Source: Blepharisma stoltei ATCC 30299
Lineage: Eukaryota; Protista; Ciliophora
DNA length: 64,000 nt
Assembly (NCBI GenBank): GCA_965603825.1
Contig: CBFDEM010000057.1
Coordinates: 62,001-126,000, forward strand
Reading direction: 5' to 3'
Both the position numbers and the translations under genes were made by a program. The notes under the pieces are model-generated. The model made no database searches. It saw nothing but the letters and a program-made list of their open reading frames with translations, and was not told where the DNA came from. This document shows positions 1 to 13,462 of the stretch, one piece after another (positions within the stretch are counted from its first letter, which is position 1; each line of letters opens with the position of its first letter).

Positions 1-1
1 A

Positions 2-1009
2 TTTATAATTGATAATCGCTATGAATTCCTCAAATATATGGGCAGAAATGCATGAGGATTTGCTATTTCTGCAATGGATCATAAAATAAATACAAGAGTT
101 CTAATCCATAAGATATCAAGAGAAGATAGTCTAAATAAAGCAAAAAATATTCTTCGAGAAATAAAGTTGTTGAACTTCTTCGACCATGAAGATATAATTA
201 AGCTGTATAACATAGAGTTATACCCTGACACAAGAAATTACAATGAAATATATATGGTGACTGATTTCATGGAGGCAGATTTGAGCCAATTAATCTATTC
301 TGAAGTAGAATTAACTAATGAGCATGTTCAATGTATTATGTATCAGCTCTTAAGAGGTGTATTATATATGCATTCTGCTGATATATTCAATTTGGACTTA
401 AATCCACATAATGTATGGCTAGATAGCAGCTGCGATTTAAAGATATGTGGGTTAAAACTTGCAAAAGATTGCAGAAAAGTGGTAAAAATAGATGAATGAA
501 TCTGTCCAATATGATATAGATCTCCAGAATTAATTCTGGGTTGCCCTGCATTAACAAAAAATGTTGATATATGAAGCTGTGGATGCATTTTTGCAGAACT
601 TCTTGGCAGATCACCATTGTTTCCTAGTAGTGACTCTGTAGATATTCTACAACGTATAACTCAGCTATTAGGTAGTATTGCTCCAGATGATATCTTTTTT
701 ATTACTAACACTGCTGCTGAAGCATATATTGCTAATCTTCCAGATCAACAAAAAGCAAGCTGATCTAGTTTGTATCCTAATGCAGATCCACTTGCGTTAG
801 ATTTGCTTGATAAAATGATAGTAATTAATCCTGAAAAAAGATGGGCTGCTTCCCATTGCTTAGAGCACCCTTATTTTAAAGATCTGCATGACATAGAAGA
901 TGAGCCTCTTGCAGGTGAGAGTTTTAATTGGGATTTTGAAAATTGTGAATTATCAATAGACTCAGTTAAAAATTTGGTGTATGAAGAAGCTTCAAAGTTC
1001 CATCATTAA
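2..1009 (+). CDS. MAPK (ERK-like) family pseudokinase, copy 1, 5'-truncated by the window edge
   Basis: One frame joins ORFs 74-499 and 770-1009 through TGA=Trp. MAPK hallmarks: LREIKLL, WYRSPE, DIWSCGCIFAEL, LHDIEDEP docking motif. Catalytic motifs are altered (VLIHK, NLDLNP, CGLK). Confidence 0.85.
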
Positions 1010-1386
1010 TTAAAATCGGGCAAATTTTAAAAAAAAATTAATCCGTCCAAAGAGTGAATAAAGTTTTTTTAGAGAACGATGCACAAAGAAAATAACTTAA
1101 GAAATAAATTTTTTTATTAAATAATTAAAGTATTTTATAAACCAACTCGAATTTTCGCTATTAAAAATTTGTCGATTTATAAAGTTTAAACAACTTGTCT
1201 GATTTGCAAAAGCACAAAATTTTCTATTTAAAATTTATTTAATTTGAATGAATTTTGGGCTTTAATAAAGTTTTTAGTATTATTCTTTAAATTACTTTCC
1301 ATCTCACAAAACTAACTGCCTGATATTTTGTAGTTGTTAATTTTTCGAAAGCAGGCTATTTATGATTTTTATTACTATGGAGTGGA

Positions 1387-1935
1387 GTTAAGAAATGTAG
1401 AATGTCAAATTAATTATTATTACAGTTATCGTAGCTGCAAAATGAGCTGACAATTCTTTTGCATTGGAGTATTGATACATTCGCAAGCCTTAATTTAAGA
1501 CTTGATCCTTTCTAGGTTTTGAAGTATTAAAATATATACTTTTAAAATTAATTTAAGTCTGCAGAATTTTAAAATTGGCTTTGTTTCTTCATTACGCTCA
1601 ACTACTCTCCATCAAACCTTATTATTAGTATTGCAATAGAAGATGCTGATGTACTAAACGATTTAGATTTCACTGGATATCACATTTATACAGATTATAG
1701 TGAAGATGATGAATAGAATCAGAAACAAATTCGGAGGATACACTTCTGCGGTCTTTAGCTGATCTACAGGGTGAAATTCTGGCTGATGCCGAATTAATCC
1801 TGGCCATTGAGAAATCAGACCATAAATTTAAAGACTTACTTAAAGATTTGAGTGATATTTGCTTTATTTCATTGTAGTTTCTGACTGAGCTTCATCGTTT
1901 ATGGCAAGTTACAGCTATTTCTGATTAAATACTTA
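1387..1935 (-). pseudogene. Degenerate partial copy of the 3' part of the 3119-4099 gene
   Basis: About 1387-1528 aligns to 3097-3238 and about 1883-1935 to 3447-3503. Co-duplicated with the MAPK. Confidence 0.65.
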
Positions 1936-2007
1936 AACTCATAAATATCGTTTAGTTAGAAAATTAATAAAAAGCTAAATAAAATGCAATATTAAAGTTA
2001 AAGCATT

Positions 2008-3069
2008 ATGGATGAAACCGCCCCTGAGGGAAAAACAAAATTTACTATTGGAGATTCTACATTTATAATTGATAATCGCTATGAATTCCTCAAAATAATC
2101 GGCCGAAGTGCATGAGGATTTGCTGTTTCTGCAATTGATCACAAAATAAATTCAAGAGTTTCAATCAAGAAGATAACAACAGAAGAAGATCTAGATGAAG
2201 TAAAAAATATCCTTCGAGAAATAAAGTTGTTGAACTTCTTCAACCATGAAAATATAATTAAAATGTATAATATAGAGTTATACCCTGACACAAGAAATTA
2301 CAATGATTTATACATAGTTACTGATTTAATGGAAGCAGATTTGCATCGAGTAATTCGTTCTGAAATTGAATTAACTAATGAGCATATCCAATATCTTATG
2401 TATCAGCTCTTAAGAGGTGTATTGCATATGCATTCTGCTGATGTAATTCATTGGGACTTAAAACCATCTAATGTACTAATAAATAGTAACTGCGATTTAA
2501 AGATATCTGGGTTTAAACTTGCAAAAGAATGCGGAAAAGCGGTAAAAATAGATGAGTGAATCTGTGCAAGATGATATAGATCTCCAGAATTAATGCTGAA
2601 TTGCTCTGTATTTACAAAAAAAGCTGATATATGAAGTTGTGGAAGCATTTTTGCAGAACTTCTTGGCAGATCCCCATTGTTTCCTTGTAAAGACTCTGTA
2701 GATTTTCTATGATGTATAACTCAGCTATTAGGCACTACTTCACCAGATGATATTTTCTTTATTGACAGCCCTGCTGCTGAAACATATATTGCTAATCTTC
2801 CAGATAAAGAAAAAACAAGCTGATCTAGTTTGTATCCTAATGCAGATCCGCTGGCGTTAGATTTGCTTGATAAAATGATAGTAATTAATCCTGAAAAAAG
2901 ATGGGCTGCTTCGCATTGCTTAGAGCACCCTTATTTTAAAGATCTGCATGACATAGAAGATGAGCCTCTTGCAAGTGAGAGCTTTAACTGGGATTTTGAA
3001 AATTGTGAACCATCAATAGGCGCAGTTAAAAATTTGATATATGAAGAAGCTTCAAAGTTCCATCATTAA
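2008..3069 (+). CDS. MAPK (ERK-like) family pseudokinase, copy 2 (353 aa)
   Basis: ATG 2008, continuous with TGA=Trp. GRSAWG loop, VSIKK, HWDLKPSN, KISGFKLAK (DFG lost), IDEWICARWYRSPE. Confidence 0.88.
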
Positions 3070-3118
3070 AATCGGGTAAAAATTTTTAAAAAAATGTTAA
3101 GAAATGTAAAGTGTCAAA

Positions 3119-4099
3119 TTAATTATTATTTCAGTTATCGTAGCTGCCAAATGAGCTGACAGTTCTTCGGCATTGGAGAATTGATGCAGTCGCTGGCCTT
3201 GATTTAAGACTTGATCCTTTCCTGGATTTTGAATTATCTTTGATTGAAATTCCCATATCTCTGGAAGGGGTGTTAGGTCGGGAATTTTGGGACTTTTTAG
3301 CTAAAAATAGACGTTCATGGACTAAATTTTGCATGTTTTTTTCGCTAAGTCTACTTTCATGCTTTAATTCTAAAATTGTTTTTGATTCTTTATTGGCAAA
3401 ATTATCATTTTTTTCATTGTTTGACTTTAATTCATCGCATCTTCCTACTGAACTTCATCGCTTATGGCCAGAATCTGTATACTTTGCAGCTGAATAAATA
3501 CTTCTTGGAGGTGATTTCTGATTTATCCCTTGCACTCCTAAAGGCCTTGCAGTTAGAAAAGTATTTAAAGATGGCTCAACCTCTTTAGAAGGAGTTATAG
3601 ATCTGGCAGGATTAAAATCTTGGTAAATTTCAAAGTGTTTTCTATAAAATTTTGTTTTGAAATTAGAACAATTTTTTTTTGTGTGTGACAGCAAAGCTTT
3701 GATATCGCGAAAGCCAATACCATTCTTTTGTTTTTCTCTAGACTCATAAATACTTTTCAGCTGATTTAAAGTGATATTTCCATTTCCGTATTGATTTATC
3801 AACTCCACATATTTCCCATGTGTTATTTTTGTCGCTTCTTGTATCCTATGGTTCTTTTCTAATGCAAATGGATTAATTTTATCTTTTGGAGCTTCGTAGT
3901 CTTTGAATTTTACATCAGTCATTCATTCAGGCGAGTCATCAAAATTTAGATCACTTTCGTTATCCTTAGTATTGCTCATAATTGAGCATATAATTTTTGC
4001 ATCGTCTTTTGGCTTTCATAGTCCAAGCAGCCCGTGGAGTCGTTTTTTTCTTGATTTTTTGGCTTCTTTTTGTTTGAATAAAGCAAATTTGGAATTCAT
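3119..4099 (-). CDS. Hypothetical basic/low-complexity protein (326 aa)
   Basis: ORFs 3455-3922 and 3131-3334 are in one frame, joined by TGA. ATG at 4099, TAA at 3119. Confidence 0.75.
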
Positions 4100-4486
4100 A
4101 AAAATTAAGGTAGACTTTAAATTAATTCAATATATAAATGTCTGGAGATGTGAGGAATTAATTGAAAATAGATATTTTTTTGATAATTGAAAATAAACTG
4201 CTTAAAAGTAAATCTTACTTTAATTAACTAAAATTTTAATTCTTAATGCTATAAAATAAAAATTACTGTTGAAGATTATCTGTTATAATATAGAAATTAT
4301 AATTGTTTTTAGTAAAACATATTTTGAATTATGCAATAAATCTAGAATAAGTATTGCAATGCAAATTTTTACATATTAGAATTTTGCTGGTTTAGATTTC
4401 TTAGATTTCCTTATATATATAAAAGTTATATTGAATATCTAAAATCTGACTAAATTTTGAGCTTATATATGCCATAATCATTAATA

Positions 4487-7400
4487 ATGGCTCAAACCAA
4501 GGAAAAAAACGCCAATACCAAGCTTAAAAACCCAGTTTATCGTATGAATCACGATTTTGAGCTTCTTTATGCACAGCAATTAGAATTCCAGAGGTTTTCA
4601 GAGCAAGTAGATGTGTCTTTAGTCAAAATGAAATGCAAAATTGATAAGTATTCTTTTGCTGAAACTTCTCTGCACTTTTTTCATGTTGACAATCCTTTCC
4701 GAAAATTTTTACTAGAGCTTACAATGAATATTTGATTTGACCGATTTATTTTGCTGGTTATTATACTGAACAGTATTTGCTTAGCTTACGAAGTACAAAC
4801 TGACGAGTGGCTCCAGTGAAATGAAACCTTAGAACAAATATTTTTAGTGATTTTTACAATAGAAATATTTCTCAGAATTTTTGCAAAAGGCTTAGTATTC
4901 GGAAAATATACATATTTTCGAGATTTTTGAAATATTTTTGATTTTTTTATAATTTTGATTGGATGGGTCGGCGAGCTAGACGAAAATGTAGACCAAACCA
5001 TTACAAGGACTTTTAGACTTTTTAGACCTTTGAGAGCAATAAATAGCTTTCCTGAGCTGAAAATTATTACTTTGTCAATTATGAAATCAATACCTTTGCT
5101 ACTTGATATTTTGGCGCTTTTCAGTTTAGTCATACTAATATATGCAATTGCAGGAACTCGTATTTATGCAGGTCTCTATAATCAGCAATGCTATACACAA
5201 GATGGAAATACGACAGGAGTTTATTGCTACTTAGATCCGAATTGTAAAGAATTTGAAATTAATTGTGGAATTGGAGATTCTCGCTGTGGAGAAGGGGAGT
5301 ATTGTTGAGATAGTAATCTAAATTTAAATAACGGAATCTCATCGTTTGACAATATTGGAGCTAGCATTTTAACCGTATTAAATGTAGTCTTTGTTGAAGG
5401 CTGAAGCGCAATTATGTTTGAAGGTAGAATGGCTTATAATGAAATCCTTCTCAACGATATATTTTTTGTATCCTTGATTGTTATTGGTGCATTTTTTTTA
5501 CTGAATTTAATTAAAGCTGTTTTATTTGTCAAATTTCATGAAGTCGTAAATGAGGAAAAAATTTTGGAAAAAAATAAAGGAATAATTATTGATAAAAAAG
5601 AAGAAAGCGATCTTAAGCCAAAAGAGCCTGAAGATAACAGTGGAGCAGGATATTGCTGGTATATTATTAGAATCAAACTCTATCTATTTTTTCAAAGCAA
5701 AATTTATTATTGGCTGATAGGAGCTTGTACATTGTGTAACACACTTTTTCTTTCAACTGAATATCATGGAATGTCATCGTCACATAAAAGATCAGTCCTA
5801 TATGGTGATGCTTTATTTACTTGAATATTTTTAACTGAAATGATCTTAAAATTAACTGCATTAGGATTTAAAGGCTACAAAGCAGACAATTTCCATATTT
5901 TTGAGGCATTTTTAGTTATTTTTGGAATTGCTGAATTTGTAATGCTTAAGTTTTCGTATGATTTTGATTCTGCTGAATTACGATTCCTAAGGACGATAAG
6001 GATATTTAGAGTTTTTAAACTAGCTCGAAGGTGGAAAGGGTTAAAATATCTAATCGAAAAAGCTTGGAGTAGTGCAAAACTGGTTATTTATTTAGGAATT
6101 CTTTGCTTTATCGTCTTATTTGTTTATGCTATAATAGGAGTTCAAATATTTAGAGGAAAACTGCATGAAAATGGAGAAGATTCTCGCACGAATTTCGATA
6201 GCTTATTTTGAGCATTTATAACTACATTCCAATTATTCACCGATGAGAACTGAAATTCTGTATGATATGACTCAGTTAATGGAGTTGGCTGATGGGCTAC
6301 TGTATATTATTTTTCAATTTTAAGTATCGGTAGCTATATTTTATTTGATTTTTTCTTAGCTATATTATTAGAACAATTTGAAGAAAATAAAGAAAAGAAT
6401 AATTTTCTCAATTCGAAATCCCAAAAAACAGAGTTAAGTTTAACTGACCAAAAGTTAGAAAAAAAGAGAAGAGAAATTTTTGAGAAAAAACTTCGTAAAA
6501 TAAATGAAAAACGATACGACCCATTGCCGATGTATGGGAAATCTCTATTTTTTTTTACTGTAGACAGTAAGATTAGGCAGCAGCTAAGAAAGGTTGTTTT
6601 GCATCCATATTTCAGTAGTTTAACATTTTGAATCCAAGTATTATCAGCATTTTTTTTGACTTTTGATAAAACAATAATGGATCCTTACGAATTCAAAGTT
6701 TTATTAGTAGGAAGATGTATTGTTTTAGCATTCTTGTGGATTGAAATTGTTATAAAAGCCATAGTTAGCTCCTTTTTATTTGAGAAAAAAGCATACCTCA
6801 AAGATGGCTGAAACATTCTTGATTTTTTGGTCTGTTTTTTAGGATCCGTCAGAACAGTAGTTAGAAATGTATTCAGAGACTCAGTTCCCAATGATTTTCA
6901 AATTTTTTTGCAAGCGTTTCTATCATTAAGAATTCTTCGACTGGCATCAAGGAACCAAAGGCTAAAAAAAATAGTCACATCAATAATCTCTGCATTTCCA
7001 GTGCTATTTAATGTCATGATTTTGTCATTTTTAGATTATTTTATGTTTGGAGTTGTAGGGGTTATTTATTTTAAAGGCGCTTTTTACTCATGCACTGATC
7101 CTGCAATTGAAACAGAAGAACAGTGTGTAGGGACTTTTTTTAATGGGACAGATTATCAAGACAGAGTTTGGAAAAACTCTGAGTATAATTTTGACAATAT
7201 TATACATGCCATAAATTTACTTTTCCAAATATCTTCAATTGAAGACTGGCCGAATTTCATGTTTACTATAGTTGATGCAGTTGGGCCAGGCCAAGCAATG
7301 AAAAGGGATTACAACCCATATGCCGCTTTATATGTAGTAGTATTTTTATTTATTACTACCTTTTTTGTAGTAAATTTATATATTGGAGCCATCGTCACAA

Positions 7401-8767
7401 AATTTTCTGAAATTCATGATGAGCTTGATGGGTCATTAATTTTGACAAATAAACAAAAAGAATGGGTAGACACACAAAAACTTCTATTAAAAATATCTCC
7501 AAGAATAAAGTATATAAGGCCAGAAAATAAATGCCGAGGAATTTTCTTCGATTTGGTGTTAGATTATAAATTTGACTATTTGGTTACAGGTTGTATTATT
7601 ATGAACACGATTTTCTTGTGTCTTTATAATTCTGAAATGGATTATGAGCTATATAATACTCTTTATTATGGGTCTGTCGGCTTTACAATACTTTTTTCAA
7701 TTGAATGCACGCTCAAAATTATAGGTTTAGGGCCAAAATATTATTTTGCGAATAACTGAAATATTTTTGATTTTATTATAACTATTTTGTCAATTATTTC
7801 TTTTATGGAGGCTATTATTGCAGAAAACAGTATTACTCTGTCAAAATTATTAAGAGTTGTGAGAAGCTTGAGATTAATTAGATTTTTTAAACATTTTAGA
7901 AGGATTTTTGATTCTTTATTCCTTTCTCTACCTTCAATAGCAAATGTGGTTATATTGATTTGCTTATTATTGTTTATATACGCAACTGCTGGAGCTGTGC
8001 TATGAGGAAACCTCCAATTTGGAAAATATATCACAGTAGACAAAAATTTTACTGATTTTTATAATTCATTTATGGTCCTATTTATTACCACAACAGGAGA
8101 AGATTGAGATTTGCTCTACTCAGAATGCATGGGTATGGATGGCTGCGATAACTGAACTGTCTGTGGAAACCCATGAATTGCTGCTTTTTATTGGATTTCT
8201 TATGAAGTTTTAGCCGCTTTTATTTTTATGAATATTTTTATCGCTGTTTTATTAGAAAATTTCACAGGTGATCATGATGAAAATCCTTTAAAAGGTGTCA
8301 CATCAAGAGATTTAGACAATTTTGTAAGGGCTTGAAGCAATTATGCGCCTTATGGAGAACATTTTATTCGCACAAAATTTTTGCCGAAATTATTAAATGA
8401 TTTAGAAGCACCCCTTGGATTTAAAGAGTCAAGGCTGTCTAGGTTGCAGCTGATAAGTATAATTTATGCATTGAAAATAAAGGAATATAGTGGAAAAGTA
8501 ATGTTTTCTGAGTGCTTGTGAGCTTTAGCAGGAGCTGTAAGTGGAGAAGATATGCCGGCAGGAGCTCCATCTGTTGTTGGGAAATCAATGAATGGAGGTT
8601 TTCAATTTAAAGTTCAAAGGCTGCCAAATAAGTCAATTACTAGTACTGAAGGAACTTATGCAGCAAAAACTTTAGTGGCTTATGTATTTTATGAGATGTG
8701 GAAAAGTAGGAAGGAAGCAAGGGAAAAAAGAGCTTTATTTGCGACGACACATATTTCTGACCATTAA
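4487..8767 (+). CDS. Four-domain voltage-gated Ca2+ channel alpha-1-like subunit (1426 aa)
   Basis: All plus-strand ORF fragments share a frame. Four S4-like segments. Pore motifs FVEGW, TDENW, SIEDW, TGEDW give an EEEE filter (three of those Trp are TGA). Confidence 0.93.
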
Positions 8768-9148
8768 TATATAAAACTAGTGTATTTTGTTAATGCTTTA
8801 TCTTAAAATTATTGATCAGTCATATTTTTATTATAAAAAACTAGATAGGATTGTTATCTATTAATCAATAATATTACAGAGAAGTTAACTGAACTTTTTG
8901 AATGATTTTTCTATATAATTCTCATCTTCAGCCTTTTTTAGCTTATTTCATTTAATTTTTACAAGAGCTATAACGAATCATCATCATAATAAAATCAACT
9001 TTTATGCCTTCCAATCAAAGAAGTATTATTTTTAAGTTATATTGTATTATAGCTGCTAAAAAATCCATGGCAATTCTTGATGTTTCTTAAAATATTTGAT
9101 TCTAGTAAGAAATTTAGGAAATAAGGCCATTTAAATGTCAAAGTAAAT

Positions 9149-10510
9149 ATGAGTCAAGACCTGTTTGAGCAAATCATCGCAGTCCCAGAAGTAGGTCGCT
9201 TCTTTGAAAACTATCAACAAGAAGAATGGCCTGAATTGTTTTTAGATCTAGTTTTATATAGCATTTATGCATTAAGGTCGTGCCATGAGAGCCCGCCTCC
9301 ATCCAGTTATCTTCAAGACTTGGTCCGAAAAGCAGGCATGATCGTTTCCCTCGAAAATGTAATCCCAAGTATGCAAGAAAAGCTTATGCTAATAAAAGAA
9401 GACATCTCTCGCTTAGAATCAGAGCTCCAAATCAAAAGAGATGAAAAAGCAGTCAATGAGGTCCAAGAAACCTTACAAGTAAAATCAAAAGTAAGATCCA
9501 GCTCTGCACCATCAAGAAATTATTCGAATAAAGCACCAACTAATTGAAGACAAGGAGATACTAATGTTTTCAGGGGTAATATTCCTGAAAATAAACCAGC
9601 ACAAACCAAAAATGTCCTTTTCAGAGATACTTCGCCTCCTGCATTAAGAAACCATAAATTCGTAGAAGTTTTAAAAGAAAATGACGATTTCAACTGAAAA
9701 TGAAAAGGAAATGATATTGAAAGAGCTATTTATCCTGAATGGTGGACAGCACAATGCCAAATGGACGTTAAAAACCCAGAAACAACTGTAAAAATAACAC
9801 AAAGAAAGCCTCCACCACTGCCAAAGCCAACTCAATCCAGAATGGTTGAAACTGAGCCACTTAAAAAGTCCTCAAAACCCAAAAGAAACAGCTGGAAAAT
9901 CCCTTCAAAAAGCAACGGCAGCGATGATATGACCCACAGCCAAGAATGGGTTGTCCATTCTGATAAATCAGTAGAGGTTGATTTAGATACCCCAGGAAGC
10001 TCAGTACAAGAAAACCACGTTCGGTTTGAGTCAAATTCTCAGAAAAATCCTAAGCAGGTCAGCATAAAAAAGCCAACAGCCTGGGTCCAAGATTTTTCAG
10101 ACGTCGTCAAACGTAGCCCTGCAAGCTCTATGAGACATTCTTCCTCTCAGTCAGACTCACGGCAACAATCAACCCCAAGCCACCAAAGTATTCATGTTTT
10201 TAGCCCAGCAGAGCCTCCAAGATCTAAATCATTGCAAGAGTCACAGCCAATGAAGTCTTCATCATCTGGATATACAAGTAGCTCAATGACGCAATACAAT
10301 CCTTCAGAAGAAATGAAGCAATTCTTCCAAAATGAATTTACAAACTTTTTGGAGTCAAGAGGAACTGAATCTTTAGGCAGTGGGGCGAAAAACCACGAAA
10401 GCTCTTATTATTCATCAAGCCCTAGTGAAGAAGGCAACAGCATGGGATATGACAGAAAAGAGCCAAATTTCAGTTCTCATAGTAAGACCACCCCAATGTT
10501 TCGCGTTTAA
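9149..10510 (+). CDS. Hypothetical protein with coiled coil and Ser/Pro-rich disordered tail (453 aa)
   Basis: ORFs 9149-9547 and 9761-10510 in frame through TGA codons. Confidence 0.8.
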
Positions 10511-10538
10511 ATATAAGTTAACGATATTTGAATTTAAA

Positions 10539-10958
10539 ATGGTTTTTGGAAGATTGATAATTGGAGCAAGCTTTTTGGTGTTTTGGGTAATTGCTGAAGA
10601 ATATTTAAATGTTATGGAAGCAATGATCAAATTGGAAGATTATGATGTAGCGGTAATGAACAATACTGATGAAAATTTAGTGAGAGATATTTATTGGGAA
10701 AATAAAGGATTTTATAATGCGAGTTATGAAAAAACGAAAAATCAAGGGAAAATTGAGGAAAAAGTTATGTATATTGATGGCAAAAAATTTGAAAAAACTT
10801 TGCCTCAGAAATATAAGAAGGCGGAGATTGATTTTCAAAATGAGAGGAGTGAAGATGAGATGGTAAAAGTAGAGGATAAGGCAAAAGATCAGGAAAATCT
10901 GCTGCTAGAGAAGATCTTGAGCACACTTAATGAAATTGAAGTGAAATTCAAAAAATAA
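10539..10958 (+). CDS. Hypothetical protein with N-terminal hydrophobic helix (139 aa)
   Basis: First ATG after the upstream stop, in an AT-rich context: MVFGRLIIGASFLVFWVIA followed by a charged region. Confidence 0.65.
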   Translation: MVFGRLIIGASFLVFWVIAEEYLNVMEAMIKLEDYDVAVMNNTDENLVRDIYWENKGFYNASYEKTKNQGKIEEKVMYIDGKKFEKTLPQKYKKAEIDFQNERSEDEMVKVEDKAKDQENLLLEKILSTLNEIEVKFKK

Positions 10959-11715
10959 TTTTAATTTAAATTTGATAAATTATCAGATACACTTTGTAGT
11001 CACGGGAGAAATAACTTTAGAACCATGAAAGATGAATCCAAAAATTGGGTAGATGTGGTTTCTGCTATAGCTGATAATAAATAAATTGCGGCTATCGCTT
11101 CCTATTGAGACCAATAATTTTTTATCTGCTATTTTAAAACTTCTAAAAGCATATTTTTAAGAGTAAGGTTTTAAGATAAGCAAACGAAAATAGCAGACTG
11201 GCTAATAAAGAGATAAGATTCAAGCATTATTCTCATCAAAATTCAAGTCTATAATCGAGAAATAAAGAATTGATGCTAACTCCATCCTATAAACTGCAGT
11301 AAAATTTCTGCTCCAATTTCGGTTTAAATAAATTCTCAAATGAAAAGTTTAGATCAAAATCAGAAATATCGATGCTTACAATAAAAATTCGTTTCCATAC
11401 TTTAAGAATTCTATAATTCATAATATAGATAAATCGCAATATTTAACCGTGATGAATATACTAAAATTAGAAAATGCTTCATACCTAAGCATAATTTCCC
11501 AGATTCCATGATCCAGGGTTAACCATTATATGGAAACGAAATTCTGTTTGGAGAAGCAAATTTCCCTCGAGAGGGAAATCAAGGAAGCATAAAGCTGCCC
11601 AAGTAAGATAAATTACCCTGAGCAGTTGCTAACAATATGTATGCCTTGCTTTATCAAATAAAATTATATTTAAGCAGTAATTATCTATTAACAGACATTA
11701 CAAAATCAACAGTCA

Positions 11716-12550
11716 ATGTATGATTACTGCAAGGAAAATAAAGAAAACTGCATGGCGCTTTGATTTCTATCAACGCTATTTATGGCAACTTTTTATTTAT
11801 GATCTATAAGGTTTACTCGTTCCCTGAGCAATCTTAGAGCTTATTATTGGTGCCGTAAAACACTGATTACTATTATTATATCAAATTTTATTGAAGCCTT
11901 AGCAGTTCAATCCTTAGGATACTTATATCTTCTTGGACTATTTTTCTATAAATATACAGCAATACTTTTTGCTATCTCTATTATTGCACACCATTGCCAC
12001 TTTATTTCAAACATTCTTCGAGTGAATCGATTAATAGTTAGTAGAATCTGCGAGCTGGGGCTGTGTGATACTTATCTAATTTATATTGCGTTAAGGAAGC
12101 GGCTTACATGAAAATGAAGTTTTAGAGTTATTTTAGCATATACAACACTTTGCTCTGTAATACTTTTTTCTTATTAATATGGGCAGTCTTTTTTGCAGAC
12201 TCCCAAGACCAATCTGGGGTTTACCCACAAAGTTTGTATATGCGATTCTGATCAGTTTGAAATGTCATTGAATTATTAATTTTTTTTTCTTATTAAGCTA
12301 TCTAAACTACGAGAAGTTTCTAGATGAAAATTTGAGGCAATTTCATACTTCTGTATTTGACCAAGTGGGATTGTGTCGAATTTTATTTCTGATGAGGATT
12401 ATTATTGATTCAATCTCTTAGTAATTCCTGGAAGAAATTTATTAATTTTATCATCATTTATCAATCTGATATCAAATGAAACTATTTAGACTAAACATGC
12501 TACTTGAGCCTTGAAAGCAAAAAGCATTTCTCAATGCTAATAATAAATAA
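11716..12550 (+). pseudogene. Frameshifted multi-pass membrane protein relic (7TM receptor-like)
   Basis: With TGA=Trp, about 150 open codons of hydrophobic helices run from ATG 11716. The frame breaks at poly-T tracts near 12165 and 12285, and hydrophobic coding continues in shifted frames. Confidence 0.5.
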
Positions 12551-12844
12551 AATTGATTAAAAGCTAAGATCCATAAATTAAATCTCAAAAATAAAATAAA
12601 AACTTGATAATGAATTATTAATGCATTTTTAACGCAAAATTTCAGGCTATTAATTGTCCAGCCAACGAAGCTCTTAAATCAAAGACTAGCTATATTTAAT
12701 TCTATTTTTATAAGAACTTCCCCTGCTATACCAAAATTTATTCAACTCATATCTATTTATAAATAATATGATTATTTCTTCCCTTAATTTAAACATATTT
12801 TTATTAAACAAATATATAGTTTATTTTTATATATGAATAAAATA

Positions 12845-13462
12845 CTATAGACCTGCCGAAATATTAGGAAGGTTTTGAGGCTCAAAATCTTTATGCTCAT
12901 GGTTTCTTGCAGAAAGCGCGTTTTCTTCATTAATATCATCTTCAATATTAAATATGTGAAAATCAGGGTCAGAATTTACTGACTTCAATTTTAGCATTTC
13001 TTTTTCAAATTTATTTGTGTCCATTTTTCGGATTCTCCTGAAAACATTTTTAAGTTTCTTATCTTTTGCTTCAATTTCTGAGGCTCGAAAAACTGTTTTT
13101 ACTTTGCTTTTTACTTTATCGGGATTACACATGTTTTTTATCGTTAATTTTTGCTTTTGGCTCAAAAGATCATACTGAAGCATAGACAATTTGTCGTCTG
13201 GAAATGTCCGGATACCAATATCTTGCATTCATGGTGGCAGAGGTTCCTCTTTCATTAGCTTTACTAGATTTGGCTTTTGGATAGTTAGTTTAGCAGTTCG
13301 TTTTTTTGTGGGTGATCTTTCGCTTTTTCTTATTGAAGGAAGATGAATTGAGCTTGGAGCGTATGCAGAAATAATCATTTCTAGCCTTTGTTGATTTTTG
13401 AAAAATGTCTTTTTAGGAGTTTTTATTGAGGTAAGGCTTTTTCTTGCAGCGAGTTTGTCCAT
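12845..13462 (-). CDS. Hypothetical basic protein (205 aa)
   Basis: Two abutting in-frame ORFs joined at a TGA; ends at TAG. Confidence 0.75.

Noticed and set aside
8498-8512. 15-nt GT..AG (GTAATGTTTTCTGAG) as an intron in the channel
   Set aside because: It ends in GAG, lacks the branch A, and encodes VMFSE within a conserved-looking channel C-terminal motif.
10380-10538. 5' extension of ORF 10380-10958 overlapping the upstream gene
   Set aside because: GTG-start artefact crossing the AT-rich spacer; ATG 10539 is the plausible start.
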